Source of the DNA: Eledone cirrhosa | Lineage: Eukaryota | Assembly: GCA_964016885.1 (NCBI GenBank) | Contig: OZ024764.1 | Span: 22,940,001-23,004,000 of the forward strand | Direction: 5' to 3' | DNA: 64,000 nt | Shown: piece after piece, positions 22,641 through 35,469 of the stretch | Position numbering within the stretch: the first letter of the stretch is position 1 | Layout: each line of letters starts with the position of its first letter | Made by a program: the position numbers and the translations under genes | Notes under the pieces: model-generated | Database searches by the model: none | What the model was told of the DNA's origin: nothing | What the model saw: only the letters and a program-made list of their open reading frames with translations

Positions 22641-24743
22641 AAATAATAATAATAATAATGAAATTATTGTGTACAGTGCTCAGGTGCACTACAACTCATC
22701 AAAGGTGCATGTATAGTACATAGAATAATGTACAAATGTCAGGAAAATGAACAGTGCATGAGTCATGATATAATAACAATAATTGTTTCTACTTTAGGCA
22801 CAAGGCCAGCAATTACCCAGTGCATTACTGGTACTTTATTTTATCGACCCCGTAAGGATGAAAGGCAAAGTCAACCTTGGCGGGATTTGAACTCAGATCG
22901 TAAAGGGACGTAACTATGCTGGAAAGCATGGCGTCCAACCCTCTACCAATACTGCCAATCCACCACCAATAATGAAATTTTGTGTATAGTGCCCAGGTGC
23001 ACCACAACTCATCAAAAAAGTGCATGTACAGTATATAGGGCAATGCACAAACATCAGTAAAATGAACAGTGCACGAGTCATGATACACACGTGTGCATGT
23101 GTATGGAAGGGGTACATCAGGTGTAGTTTTGGCGTATTTCGGGAAGCTTGAGTGTCTTAAAGGATGCAGTGTCTCGGCAGCTAACAACTGACGCAGGCAG
23201 TTTGTTCCCTACTTCAGCAACTCTGAGCGTGAAAAAATGTCTACGAAAGTCATGGGAGCTGTGCTGTTTTCTGATCTTGTAGGCATGTCCACGTGTGTTA
23301 GACACATGGAGATCAAAGAGGCGCTCAGGGTTGCAATTGGCGAGATGGTTAAAAACTTTGTGGGTATTCACCAAGTCCATTGCCAGACGTCGGAGCTTCA
23401 ATGAATTCATGCCCAGGGAAGCAAGGCGTTCATAGTATGGTAGGTGTCTGATGGAGGGTATGTGCTTGGTTGCACGTCTCTGAACAATTTCCAGGAGGTC
23501 AATGTTCTGAGCAAGATGGGGGTTACAGACTGATGATGCGAATTCCAAGTGTGGTCGTACCATAGCTGTATACAGTTTTAAATAGATGGCTGGAGAGCGG
23601 CTAACAAAGGTCTTGCTGAGTGATGCCAAGACACCCTCGGCCTTCTTGACAATCTTAGAGACATGCTTTGTCCAACGCAAATCGTTGCTGACAGTAATGC
23701 CCAGGTCACGTTCACAAGAGGACTTTTTGATATCAGTGTTGTGGAGGGAGTATGTGGACGCTGGATTTTTCCTTCCAAAATGTATGGTGGTACACTTGTC
23801 CACAGCCAGCTTCAGTTGCCAGTCTGTGATCCATTGCTGCATTGTGTCCAGGTCTGATTGTAGGAAAGAGTTGTAAATTTCAGGATCAGTCCTTTTGATT
23901 TCAAGGTACAGCTTGATGTCATCTGCATATTTCAGTACCGTGGCATTCTGTAAGTTGGCATCTATGTCATTAATATATACCACAAACAAAAGAGGACCAA
24001 GAACAGATCCCTGTGGTAGACCAGATGACATCTCATATGGTGAAGAATGCTGACCTAGAACCGTGACTACTTCTTTTCGGCTGAGAATGAAGGATTTCAA
24101 CCAGTCGAAAAGATCATCCCTCACACCCATTGCAGAGAGTTTTGCCATAAGTCTTTTGTGTGGCACAGAATTAAAAGCCTTAGCAAAGTCAAGGTAAACA
24201 AGATCCACCCATGAGCCGCTGTCAGTGATCCGGGTGATGTCCTCAAGGAACTCGATAAGCTGATCACAGCAGCTGGAGTTAGGGATAAATCCAAACTGTG
24301 AGGGCCGGATGAGGCTGTGAGAGCTCCAGAAGTTCCAAAGTGTTTCTCTGACACAGGATTCCATCAGTTTGGCCATACAGCTAGTAAGACTGACTGGACG
24401 ATAGTTGACAGGTGACATTCCGTTGCCCTTTTTGAACAGGGGAATGACACTGGCAGTTTTCCACTGCTCCGGAGTAGCACCATTGTTGAGACAGTATTGA
24501 AAGAAGAAAGAAAGCTGGCGCAAAAGGAAATACCCGCCACATTTGAGAAGCAGGTATGTCACACCATCAAGACCAGGGGAGGCATAGTTGCGCTTATTCT
24601 TAAGGTGACGTCGCAACATTGCAGGTGTAAATTCCATAGTTGTTATGGAATTTGATGTTAGAGATGGTGGAGATGGTACATTCTGGTTTTCAACAGTAAA
24701 AATACTTGCATAGCACTCAGCAACGAGTTCTGCGCATTACTTG
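22641..24743 (-). mobile_element. CR1-clade LINE, 5'-truncated, uninterrupted RT domain (506-aa ORF 23117-24637)
   Basis: Same family as 888-4269; (ATT)n tail; empty site present at ~47212. Confidence 0.94.
22784..22967 (-). mobile_element. tRNA-derived SINE nested in the CR1 3' UTR
   Basis: A-box-like TGGCAGTATTGG, B-box GAGTTCAAATCC, central GCCTTTCATCCTTACGGGGTCGATAAAAT; flanked by AATAAT duplication; absent from the other CR1 copy. Confidence 0.85.
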
Positions 24744-24884
24744 ATTGGTCACTTGTACTTATGTTAAGGTATTGTTCTCAAAATAAATAACATGAAAATC
24801 TCATAGATTTGATATTATGTGAGATAAAGCATTTACTGTGAAAATATAATAGTAAATATAGAGTAATGTGAATACTAAAGGGTT

Positions 24885-25922
24885 AATCTAATGTCACTAA
24901 TAACTACTTTTATCAGTCAGTATAATCTAATGCCACTAATAACTACTTTTATCAGTCAGTATAATCTACTACCACTAATAACTACTTTTATCAGTCAGTA
25001 TAATCTAATGTCACTAATAACTACTTTTATCAGTCAGTATAATCTAATGTCACTAATAACTACTTTTATCAGTCAGTATAATCTAATGTCACTAATAACT
25101 ACTTTTATCAGTCAGTATAATCTAATGTCACTAATAACTACTTTTATCAGTCAGTATAATCTAATGTCACTAATAACTACTTTTATCAGTCAGTTTAATC
25201 TAATGTCACTATTAACTACTTTTATCAGTCAGTTTAATCTAATGTCACTAATAACTACTTTTATCAGTCAGTTTAATCTAATGTCACTAATAACTACTTT
25301 TATCAGTCAGTTTAATCTAATGTCACTAATAACTACTTTTATCAGTCAGTTTAATCTAATGTCACTATTAACTACTTTTATCAGTCAGTTTAATCTAATG
25401 TCACTAATAACTACTTTTATCAGTCAGTTTAATCTAATGTCACTAATAACTACTTTTATCAGTCAGTATAATCTAATGTCACTAATAACTACTTTTATCA
25501 GTCAGTTTAATCTAATGTCACTAATAACTACTTTTATCAGTCAGTTTAATCTAATGTCACTATTAACTACTTTTATCAGTCAGTTTAATCTAATGTCACT
25601 AATAACTACTTTTATCAGTCAGTTTAATCTAATGTCACTAATAACTACTTTTATCAGTCAGTTTAATCTAATGTCACTAATAACTACTTTTATCAGTCAG
25701 TTTAATCTAATGTCACTATTAACTACTTTTATCAGTCAGTTTAATCTAATGTCACTAATAACTACTTTTATCAGTCAGTTTAATCTAATGTCACTACTAA
25801 CTACTTTTATCAGTCAGTTTAATCTAATGTCACTAATAACTACTTTTATCAGTCAGTTTAATCTAATGTCACTAATAACTACTTTTATCAGTCAGTATAA
25901 TCTACTACCACTAATAACTAAC
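24885..25922. repeat. 39-bp intronic minisatellite (unit 2, ~26 copies)
   Basis: Same unit as 22-887. Confidence 0.97.
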
Positions 25923-25994
25923 CTATGTTAGTCAGCACATTCTTCACCAAGGAAGGCCTTAGTATTTATTGCAGTCCATTTATCAATATAGAAA

Positions 25995-26365
25995 CAGACA
26001 CCCGGATGTGGCGCATGCGCAAACTGAGCACACAACACACACACAGAAACAAAATGGCGTAGGACAGAAGAAAGGAAAGGCACAGAAACAAAGAAGGAAT
26101 CCCCAGTCACTGAAGAGGTCACAGAGTGTGTGACGAAAGGACTATGACTATATATAAACAACTATCTGGTTGTGGAACCAACCAACCAGAATTTATAAGT
26201 TTGTAGATTTGTAAATTTATAAATTTATAAATATATAATAAATTGAAGTGAAAGCAACTGGTGCGTGTGTTTCTTATTGGCAACATGACCCTCCCAAAGT
26301 ATAACAATATCGGTTTCAACACACGATTTCAGATAAAGAAACTTGCTAAACAAATTCAGAAACGA
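25995..26365 (+). mobile_element. 371-bp insertion with 10-bp TSD; Penelope pseudo-LTR/retrozyme-like
   Basis: AATATAGAAA duplicated at 25985-25994 and 26366-26375; empty sites at ~5095 and ~47870; carries promoter motifs and a hammerhead core. Confidence 0.75.
26105..26149 (+). ncRNA. Minimal type I hammerhead ribozyme motif
   Basis: Stem I AGTCA/TGACT, core CTGAAGA, extra G, stem II GTCACA/TGTGAC, GAAA, minimal stem III GGAC, cleavage site TA. Confidence 0.65.
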
Positions 26366-27262
26366 AATATAGAAATATTATATGAAATTTGTACTGATGT
26401 ATTACAAGTTTCTGAGTATCTTATAATGTTCTTTTATTATTTCAGAATACCAGAGGACATTGGCATTAAAGAGCACGTTACATCAGACATATCCTCAATA
26501 TTAACCATTTCTAATGAAAGACACTACCCATCAATTTCAAATAATTTTGAAAACACTCAACACTTTGAAGGGATTTAGTAATATAACTAAATTTCTCAGT
26601 ATTAAGCTACTCTTTGGAACATAACTTTGCACAATTTCATGAATTTATGATGGAAAGTTTTTAGATACATATAAAGACTGGTATGAAAAAGATAAAACAC
26701 TTTTATATCAGGTGTTTCATCAACACCATTATTTAAAGACTAAAGGAAGCTGTTATACAGAACAGATTCAACCTTGTTTATATAAATCTATGGGAGAAAT
26801 ACTGGGAAATATTTCTTCTAAACTCAATAACACTTCTATTCTTTGCTGTCTGGAATATGTAGAAGATACAAAATAAAGCTGAAGAAATTTACACATGATT
26901 TTGTAAGATCTTCATATATTGACAAAGATGATAGTTGATGGAACTACAGGAGTAGAAATATTTCCATTATTACAAGAATAACTAATCAAATAAAAACCAG
27001 AAAAATTAGATTCTTCACTGTCTGGAATATGTACAAGATGATTTTATATGTATATTAAACTTGAAGACATCTACAAAACAGTTTGTATCATCTTTAATTA
27101 AAAAGAAAGACCAAGTTGATAGAAATATATCTGGAGGAATATGTTTCAGGAATAATATTATAAACATAAAGAAGAAAAATATCCATATATTGACAGAAGA
27201 AAAATATTAAAACTGTGAATTATGTGAGAAACTGAGGTCATTGATATCTTTTAGTAGGAGTT

Positions 27263-28630
27263 ATGTCGAAAAATATAGTAAAATCACCATTCCACTGTGA
27301 TATCTGTGGTAAATCATTCTCTCGTAGTAATCAGCTAACTACTCCCAAACGTATTCATACAGGAGAGAAGCCTTATCACTGTGAAATCTGTGGTAAATCA
27401 TTCAGTTACGGTAGTAGCATCAGAGTTCACAAGCAAATTCATACAGGAGAGAAGCCACATCACTGTAACATCTGTAGTAAATCATTCTCTTGCAGAGATA
27501 GCTTAACTAATCACAAACGTATTCATACAGGAGAGATGCCACATCACTGTGACATCTGTGGTAAATCATTCTCTTGCAGAGATAGCTTAACTAATCACAA
27601 ACGTATTCATACAGGAGAGAAGCCACATCACTGTGAGATCTGTAGTAAATCATTCTCTTGCAGAGATAGCTTAACTAATCACAAACGTATTCATACAGGA
27701 GAGAAGCCATATCACTGTGATATCTGTGGTAAATCATTCGCTGACAGAAGTTGCTTAGCTACCCACAGACGTACTCATACAGGAGAGAAGCCATATCACT
27801 GTGACATCTGTGGTAAATCATTCTCTCGTAGTAATCACCTAACTATCCACAAACGTACTCATACAGGAGAGAAGCCATATCACTGTGACATCTGTGGTAA
27901 ATCATTCTCTCGTAGTAATCACCTAACTATCCACAAACGTACTCATACAGGAGAGAAGCCTTATCACTGTGACATCTGCGGTAATTCATTCTCTCAGAGT
28001 AATCACCTAACTACTCACAAACGTATTCATACAGGAGAGAAGACATATCAGTGTGACATCTGTGGTAATTCATTCTCTCATAGTAATAACCTAACTACTC
28101 ACAAACGTACTCATACGGGAGACAAACCATATCACTGTGACATCTGTGGTAAATCATTCGCTGACAGAAGTTGCTTAGCTACCCACAGACGTACTCATAC
28201 AGGAGAGAAGCCATATCACTGTGACATCTGTGGTAAATCATTCTCTCGTAGTAATCACCTAACTATCCACAAACGTACTCATACAGGAGAGAAGCCATAT
28301 CACTGTGACATCTGTGGTAAATCATTCTCTCATAGTAATCTCCTAACTATCCACAAACGTACTCATACAGGAGAGAAGCCATATCACTGTGACATCTGTG
28401 GTAAATCATTCTCTCAAAGTAATCACCTAACTCTCCACAAACGTACTCATACAGGAGAGAAGCCATATCACTGTGACATCTGTGGTAAATCATTCTCTCA
28501 TAGTAATCACCTAACTCTCCACAAACGTACTCATACAGGAGAGAAGCCATATCACTGTGACATCTGTGGTAAATCATTCTCTGAAAGCGGTAACTTAACC
28601 AAGCATGTGCGTATTCATACAGAAGTTTAG
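27263..28630 (+). CDS. Tandem C2H2 zinc-finger protein, 16 fingers (first has His>Pro)
   Basis: 455-aa ORF, same MSKNIVKS leader and TEV end as ZNF1. Confidence 0.92.
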   Translation: MSKNIVKSPFHCDICGKSFSRSNQLTTPKRIHTGEKPYHCEICGKSFSYGSSIRVHKQIHTGEKPHHCNICSKSFSCRDSLTNHKRIHTGEMPHHCDICGKSFSCRDSLTNHKRIHTGEKPHHCEICSKSFSCRDSLTNHKRIHTGEKPYHCDICGKSFADRSCLATHRRTHTGEKPYHCDICGKSFSRSNHLTIHKRTHTGEKPYHCDICGKSFSRSNHLTIHKRTHTGEKPYHCDICGNSFSQSNHLTTHKRIHTGEKTYQCDICGNSFSHSNNLTTHKRTHTGDKPYHCDICGKSFADRSCLATHRRTHTGEKPYHCDICGKSFSRSNHLTIHKRTHTGEKPYHCDICGKSFSHSNLLTIHKRTHTGEKPYHCDICGKSFSQSNHLTLHKRTHTGEKPYHCDICGKSFSHSNHLTLHKRTHTGEKPYHCDICGKSFSESGNLTKHVRIHTEV

Positions 28631-29898
28631 CTGTATCAATATCAAACTCATTACATCATACTACAACAACAACAATTGTGTAGATCCATCATCCTTGCTA
28701 AAACTGGGGTCAACCTTGTAGGTTTTACCTAGGACAGGGATCATAAAACCAGGTTTCCATTTTTGAAGCAGTGTTTGAAGATTTGGTGTAAATTAAAGTT
28801 TTTCACATTAAACTTTGATTTATTATACTTTAACAGGTAAGATATATATTTGTATTTTTAGTAAATGTTGGGAACTTCTGTAATTTAAACCTGCCAATAA
28901 AATGAAAACTTTTGTTGTTGCTAGTCAGACATTGATATTAATTCTATTGTCCTGTACATTGTCTCAAATATCACAGATTAAACAGATTTTAACAATGTCA
29001 ACAGAAATCAATAACTTGTAAGCCTAATATCTAGCTTCCATTTTAACTATTTGATATTGTTGTTCCCCTCCTGTCTCTTCAGATCTTTTAGATTTCAACT
29101 TCTATCTACTGTACTATTCCATCACCAAGGCAACATTCATCTGGCTGGCAGCTTACATCAACTACAGATCTCATCAGTGGTTCACAACAGGCTGTCTGAA
29201 AGAAACTTCCAGATATCTTCTATATCATAGCTATCAATCTCCTCCTCCTTATCATATGTACCACTTTCACAGTCCCTCTAGATCTTATATTTAACAGGGA
29301 GATCTTTTACTATCCCTACTCTTTTCTCTAGATAGTTTTGTACCACTCTCACAGTCCCTATAGATCTTATATTTAACAGGGAGATTCTTTACTGTCTTTA
29401 CCCTTTTCTCTAGGTTGTCTTATACCTCTCTCACAGTCCCTCTAGATCTTATATTTAACAGGGAGATCTTTTACTCTCCAACCCTTTTCTCTAGGTCGTC
29501 TTGTACCTCCCTCACAATCCCTGTAGATCTTATATTTAACAGGGAGATCTTTTACTCTCCAACCCTTCTACAGATAGTCTTGTATATGTCATTCCCTCTA
29601 GATCTTACACCTCGTATCTAGTCTATGTTGAGTGGTACGTCCTTCTCCAGTAAAGGAGTTAATATTCCCAACCATCTGTCTATCCTGTTTTCTGATGAGA
29701 ATGAAGTCAATCTAGTTTATCTCTTCACCTGATTGAAGTAACTAGATCAAGTAACTAGATGTTTTCCTGTAAGTTAGTGTTGCAGTGTTTGTGTCACCAT
29801 GTAAGGTTTATATCTAATTTATATAGAGATGTAGTAAAGTTTTCACTGTTGTATCTCTACTTTCTAAATATCTTTATAATGTTTCTCTACTATTTCAG

Positions 29899-30335
29899 AA
29901 TATCACATGACCTTGACAGAAAAGAGTCTTTTAAAGACAACAGAAAGATGTTAAATTCAAGATATAAACTTGTTTTTATTCTGTGGTGAATTATGGTGAA
30001 ATATTTCTTCTGAATTCAGATAAATATTTTCCTTTTTCACTGTCTGGAATATTTACAAGATGATTTTACATTCTGATTAAACTTTAGATATTTACAAAGG
30101 AGTTTTCAAAATATTTGGATATTGACAAAGATCACATTTGGTAAAAATTATGAACAATAGAAATATTTACATTAACATAGGAATATTTTCCAGTAGAGAT
30201 GGGAAAATCATTATACCACTGTAATATTTGTGGTAAAGTATTCTCTCTTCTTTATATGTAGAACATCTAACTAAACACTTTAACTAACAAACTATTGTGC
30301 TATAAAATTGACAAACTTGAGCAATGTTTAATAAA
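29899..30335 (+). pseudogene. Decayed second ZNF terminal exon (unit 2)
   Basis: Paralog of 8625-9065. Confidence 0.7.
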
Positions 30336-31979
30336 TGTTACAGATTTCTCCAAACTGTCGTTTACTAACTTTAATTTGAAGCTATGTTATCTATATACTA
30401 CTAAAACTCTGTGATTGTGTCTTGTCTGTAATTTAATACAGCTAAAACAGTGCATAATGGGGAAATACTTTGAAAGGAATAAAACAATTTTTGTGTAAAT
30501 TGGAGCACAGGTTCCCAAGATACGGGGTTTTCTGGGTACCTTGATATATATAGGGAGAGAAAGAGATAGTGGTTGTGAGAGTGAGGAGACAGATGGAAGA
30601 GAGAGAGAGAGCTGGTGGTGTTGTTTAATAAAATGTGTGTGTGTGTATATATATATATATACGTATGTGTATATTTTAACTATTTAAAAATCATTTTTAA
30701 ATGACTTTTAAAAAATAGTTTTAAGGGAACGTGACCCAACAGGTCCCGGGTGGTCTAGTTTGTTACTAAATACTAGATATTAGAGGGTCATGTTGTTCTA
30801 GATGTGCTGGAAGAGCCATTCCATCTCGTGAGGCTCACACCAGCAGCTAGCCACCTCAGCACCTATGGTGGTATATTTATTATATTATTTATTCTTTATC
30901 ATTAACATTAATTTAAAAGATAATTATATATTTTTAGAGAAGAACCTCTAACTTCATATAGCTTAGGGCTTCAGTAGGTAAAAGTCTGGCCCTGCTTGTC
31001 TTGTATTTTTTAGGGGAGAAGTTAGGGAATACTGTTATTGTGTGAAAGTTTTCTAAATCTTCTTCAGCCACTAACATGGAGAAGATATTTCAGTAAAAAG
31101 GTTCACATCCTGACATCTATAGCTGTTAACAATGAGATTGGAATTCATTATTAAACAAATGTTATATCATCATCACTGTTTAACATCAGTTTTTTCACGC
31201 TGGCATGGGTTAGACGAGTTATCCTGTTGTAAGCATTGCCAAGTCAGGTGACCACGTGTTGCTCCTACAGAACAAATTTTGGATTGGTTTCTACAGCTGG
31301 ATGCCCTTCCTAACACCAACCTTATTTACATTGAGTACTGGGTGCATTTTACCATCTCACCATCACGACCCCTTTACAGTGTGGGCTGGGTGCTTTTTGT
31401 TGTGACACCTATATGACCACTTTACAGTGTGGGCTGGGTGCTTTTTGTTGTGACACCTACATGACCACTTTAAAGTTTTGACTGGGTGCTTTTTGTCGTG
31501 ACACCTACATGACCACTTTATAGTGTGGACTGGGTACTTTTTGTTGTGACACCAACATGACCACTTTAAAGTTTTGGCTGGATACTTTTTGTTGTCACCT
31601 ACATGACCACTTTACAGTGTGGGCTGGGTGCTTTTTGCCGTGACACCTACGCAACCGCTTTACAGTGTGGGCTGGTTTCTTTTTGTCATATCACCTACAT
31701 GACCACCTTATAATGTTTACTGTGTGTTCTTTGCAGTCTAGGCTGGTTTCTTTTTGTCATATCACCTCCATGACCACCTTATAATGTTTACTGTGTGTTC
31801 TTTGCAGTGTGGGCTGGTTTCTTTTTGTCATATCACCTACATGACCACCTTATAATGTTGACTGTGTGTTCTTTACAGTGTGGGTTGGGTGCTTTTTGTC
31901 ATATCACCTACCCAACCACTTTGCAGTGTGGGCAGTGAAATATCAGTAATGCACCAGCTCCAATATTCAGTAATCAGAA

Positions 31980-32475
31980 GAAGGGAGGTAGGCATAAAAG
32001 CCAAACTTGCTGTCTTCAATTAGGTTTTTGTGCCAACCCTTACCTATGGTCACATATCTTGGGTAATGACCAAAAGAATATGATTGGGAATACAAATGGC
32101 AGATATGGGATTCCTCTGAAGGGTCTTTGAAGGAACGTTTCTCAATAAAGTGCATAGCTCTGAGATCAGAGAGTCACTGCAGGTGGAGCTGTTACTTCTC
32201 CGAATTGAGAGATCATAGCTGCAATACTATGGCCATGTGGTTAGAATGTCTGAGGAAAGAATCACTGGATAGATTTTACAGGCTAAACTAACCGGCAGGA
32301 GACCCAGGGGTAGACCTGAGCAAGATGGTCACATAACATCCATGAGCTTGGCTGGTCTCTCTGGGAGATCCAGCCAGATCAGTTGGAGTGGGTTGCTTCT
32401 GACAGGACCTGTTGAAGGGAGTGTTTGAGGACTCTGCCCCCAAGACCCTCTCTGGAATGACTGGATTAATAAGAA
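31980..32475 (+). mobile_element. Old RTE-type LINE 3' fragment (paralog ~52718-53215)
   Basis: Degenerate reading ...YYGHVVRM...GRRPRGRP typical of an RTE C-terminus. Confidence 0.65.
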
Positions 32476-32767
32476 GAGGTTGAGGTTACATAATCAACAT
32501 CAGATTTCCCTGCTAGCAAGGGTTTAATGAGTCTACTTCAACCAAGTAAGTACTGGAGTGAGGCTACTGATCTCCCAGACAGACCAAGGATCTGAGACTT
32601 ATTACATAAGGTCTCATTTGCTACTGAGTGCACAGAAAAGGTTGTCATGTCTTTGTCATGATTGAAGGGTTCTCCAACCCTATTGTCGGGCAAGCTTTCT
32701 ATGGCTAGATGTCGTTCACATGACCAACCACATTACAGCCTGTGTTGGGTCTGTTTATCATGTAGGT

Positions 32768-34398
32768 GAGGCATAACAAACTGAGGGTTCCCCAAGGGTC
32801 ACATAGGTCACATGTGTTGTCTGAGGGTTGCACACTACAACTAATTAAAGTCATTTAATAAAATTTAATATAGAAAGATTTGTTACTTAAATTTAGAAAC
32901 ATACAATGTACATACAAATGTTTTAGCAGCATTCATGAATACAAAGTAATGAAGTAGTTTGATAAAAAACTAAAATTTAACATGTCAACATATACTTGCA
33001 GATTGTAACAGCAACAAATACATTGTACACAAATAACAACAGTTGAAAACTGAACATTTATTTGCTACTATTCAACCATTTTTAGTGTTTTGTCCTGAGG
33101 CTTGACACTTCTTTCTGTTGACTATTTTTGGTATATTTGGCTGAAATGTCTGTACAGTTCCAACTTTAATCAGAAATGACAAGTGTTGATCTGTCAGCCT
33201 TGTTCTCTGAGAAGTTTTTGTTAAGCTAAGTGCAGACTCAGTATGGGCAGTGATTTTCAGCTCTTTGCACATAAGAAAATGAATTAAATTTTCATCTGAC
33301 AACGGAGACTTCCATAAGCTAAGTTTTCTAATGAAGAACTTGATGTCATCATACAACTGAGTGATGGGTTTGTTTTTACCTTGTAATTTCAAATTAAGGT
33401 CAGTTAATTGTGCAGTAATATCCACAAATAAAGCCAGATGTTGGAGCCAACTTTCATTTTTTATTTCATCTGTGTTTTGACTTTTCATCTCCAAAAACAT
33501 AATTATTTCAGCACTTTGTGACATGTCAACCAGCAGACTTCTGTGTAGAATGGAACATCGGTGAACTGATTATCCATATCTTCCAACAACTGGCTGAACT
33601 GACGGTGGTTGAGAGCATGGCCTCTGATTTAGTTCACTGTCTTTGTGACCAAGCTAAGCACATGATGCAATTTTAAAATCTTTGAACATAAATTTTGCTC
33701 ATGAATAATACAGTGAAAATGTGCAAATCATGAATCTAGATATGAGTTTTCTATTTTTGTTTGTAACTTGGCAGCAACACCATTATGTCTACCAACCATA
33801 TTTGCAGCACTGTCAGTAGATAAACATGCAAGTTTACTCAGATCAAAACCATGCAGACCCTGCTTGACCTTCTCAAAGATGTCCTGGCTTGTTATAGTGT
33901 CATGCATGGGGACCTGTTCAATCAGTTCTTCATAAATATTAAATTCACTGTCACAGGCCCCGATGAAGAATGCAAGCTGTACTATTCCAGTGATGTCAAC
34001 AGTCTCTTCAATAGCAATAGAAACATGTTCAAACCTTGATGATACAGCCTTTAACTGTTGTTTCAGATCACCTGACATTTCATTAATCTGTTCAGCAACA
34101 GTGTTCCTGGTTAATGAAATGTCTTTGAATAACTCTGCTTTCTCTGGACAATTTCAGCTGTTTTTACAAGACATTGCTTTACAAAATCTCCTTCACTGTA
34201 AGATTTCCCACTCATGGCAATTATTCAACTGAGTTCATAGTTTGCAGTAATGGAAGTGACATCCTCTTCCTGAATTAACATAAAACAGGTCTGTTGCTGT
34301 GTCAAGTTAACCTTCAATTCCTTGAGTCTTGAAACACACATTGGGCCTTCATATTTATCGTAAGATCGATGGTTTGTTTCATAATGTCTTTTTAAATT
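32768..34398 (-). mobile_element. hAT (Buster/Charlie/SPIN-like) transposon, truncated at the duplication junction
   Basis: Near-identical to 53507-55172; transposase fragments (STDSAANMVG, LNLKLQG, RTRLTDQHL). Confidence 0.88.
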
Positions 34399-35469
34399 TA
34401 AAAATTATTTTTAAATAACTTAAAAGATAATTTTAAGGCAACGTGACCCAACAGGTCGCGGGTGGTCTAGTTTGTTACTAAATACTAGATATTAGAGGGT
34501 CATGTTCTAGATGTGCTGGAAGAGCTATTCTATCTCGTGAGGCTCACACCAGCAGCTAGCCACCTCAGCACCTATGGTGGTATATTTATTATATTAATTA
34601 TTCTTTATCATTAACATTAATATAAAAGATAATTATATATTTTTAGAGAAGAACCTCTAACTTCATATAGCTCAGGGCTTCAGTAGGTAAAAGTCTGGCC
34701 CTGCTTGTCTTGTATTTTTTAGGGGAGAAGTTAGGGAATACGGTTATTGTGTGAAAGTTTTCTAAATCTTCTTCAGCCACTAACATGGAGAAGATATTTC
34801 AGTAAGAAGGTTCACATCCTGACATCTATAGCTGTTGACAATGAGATTGGAATTCATTATTAAACAAATGTTATATCATCATCACTGTTTAACATCAGTT
34901 TCTCCACGCTGGCATGGGTTAGACGAGTTATCCTGTTGTAAGCAATGCCAGGTCAGGTGACCACGTGTTGCTCCTACAGAACCAATTTTGGTTTGGTTTC
35001 TACAGCTGGATGCCCTTCCTAGCACCAACCTTATTTACATTGAGTACTGGGTGCTTTTTTACTATCTCACCAACTCGACCACTTCACAGTGTGGGCTGGG
35101 TACTTTTTTACTTTTTGTCATGGCACCTACATTACCACTTTACAGTGAGAACTGGGTACTTTTTATCGTGACACCTACAGTACCACTTTACAGGGTAGAC
35201 TGGGTACTTTTTGCCATGACACCAATGTGACCACTTTACAGTGTGGATTGTGTACTTTTTGTCGTGATACCTACATGACCACTTTACAATGTGGAATGGG
35301 TACTTTTTGTTGTGACACCTACATGACCACTTTACAGTGTGGATTGGGTACTTTTTGTCATGACACCTACACAACCTCTTTACAGTGTTGGCAGTGAAAT
35401 CTAATGCGCCAGCTTCAGTAATCAGAAGATACATATACACACACACAAACAGAAATATATATATATATT

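Noticed and set aside
24885-25922. CRISPR-like appearance of the regular repeats (also the 49-, 60-, 73- and 80-bp arrays)
   Set aside because: Head-to-tail tandem units without unique spacers, no cas genes, eukaryotic context
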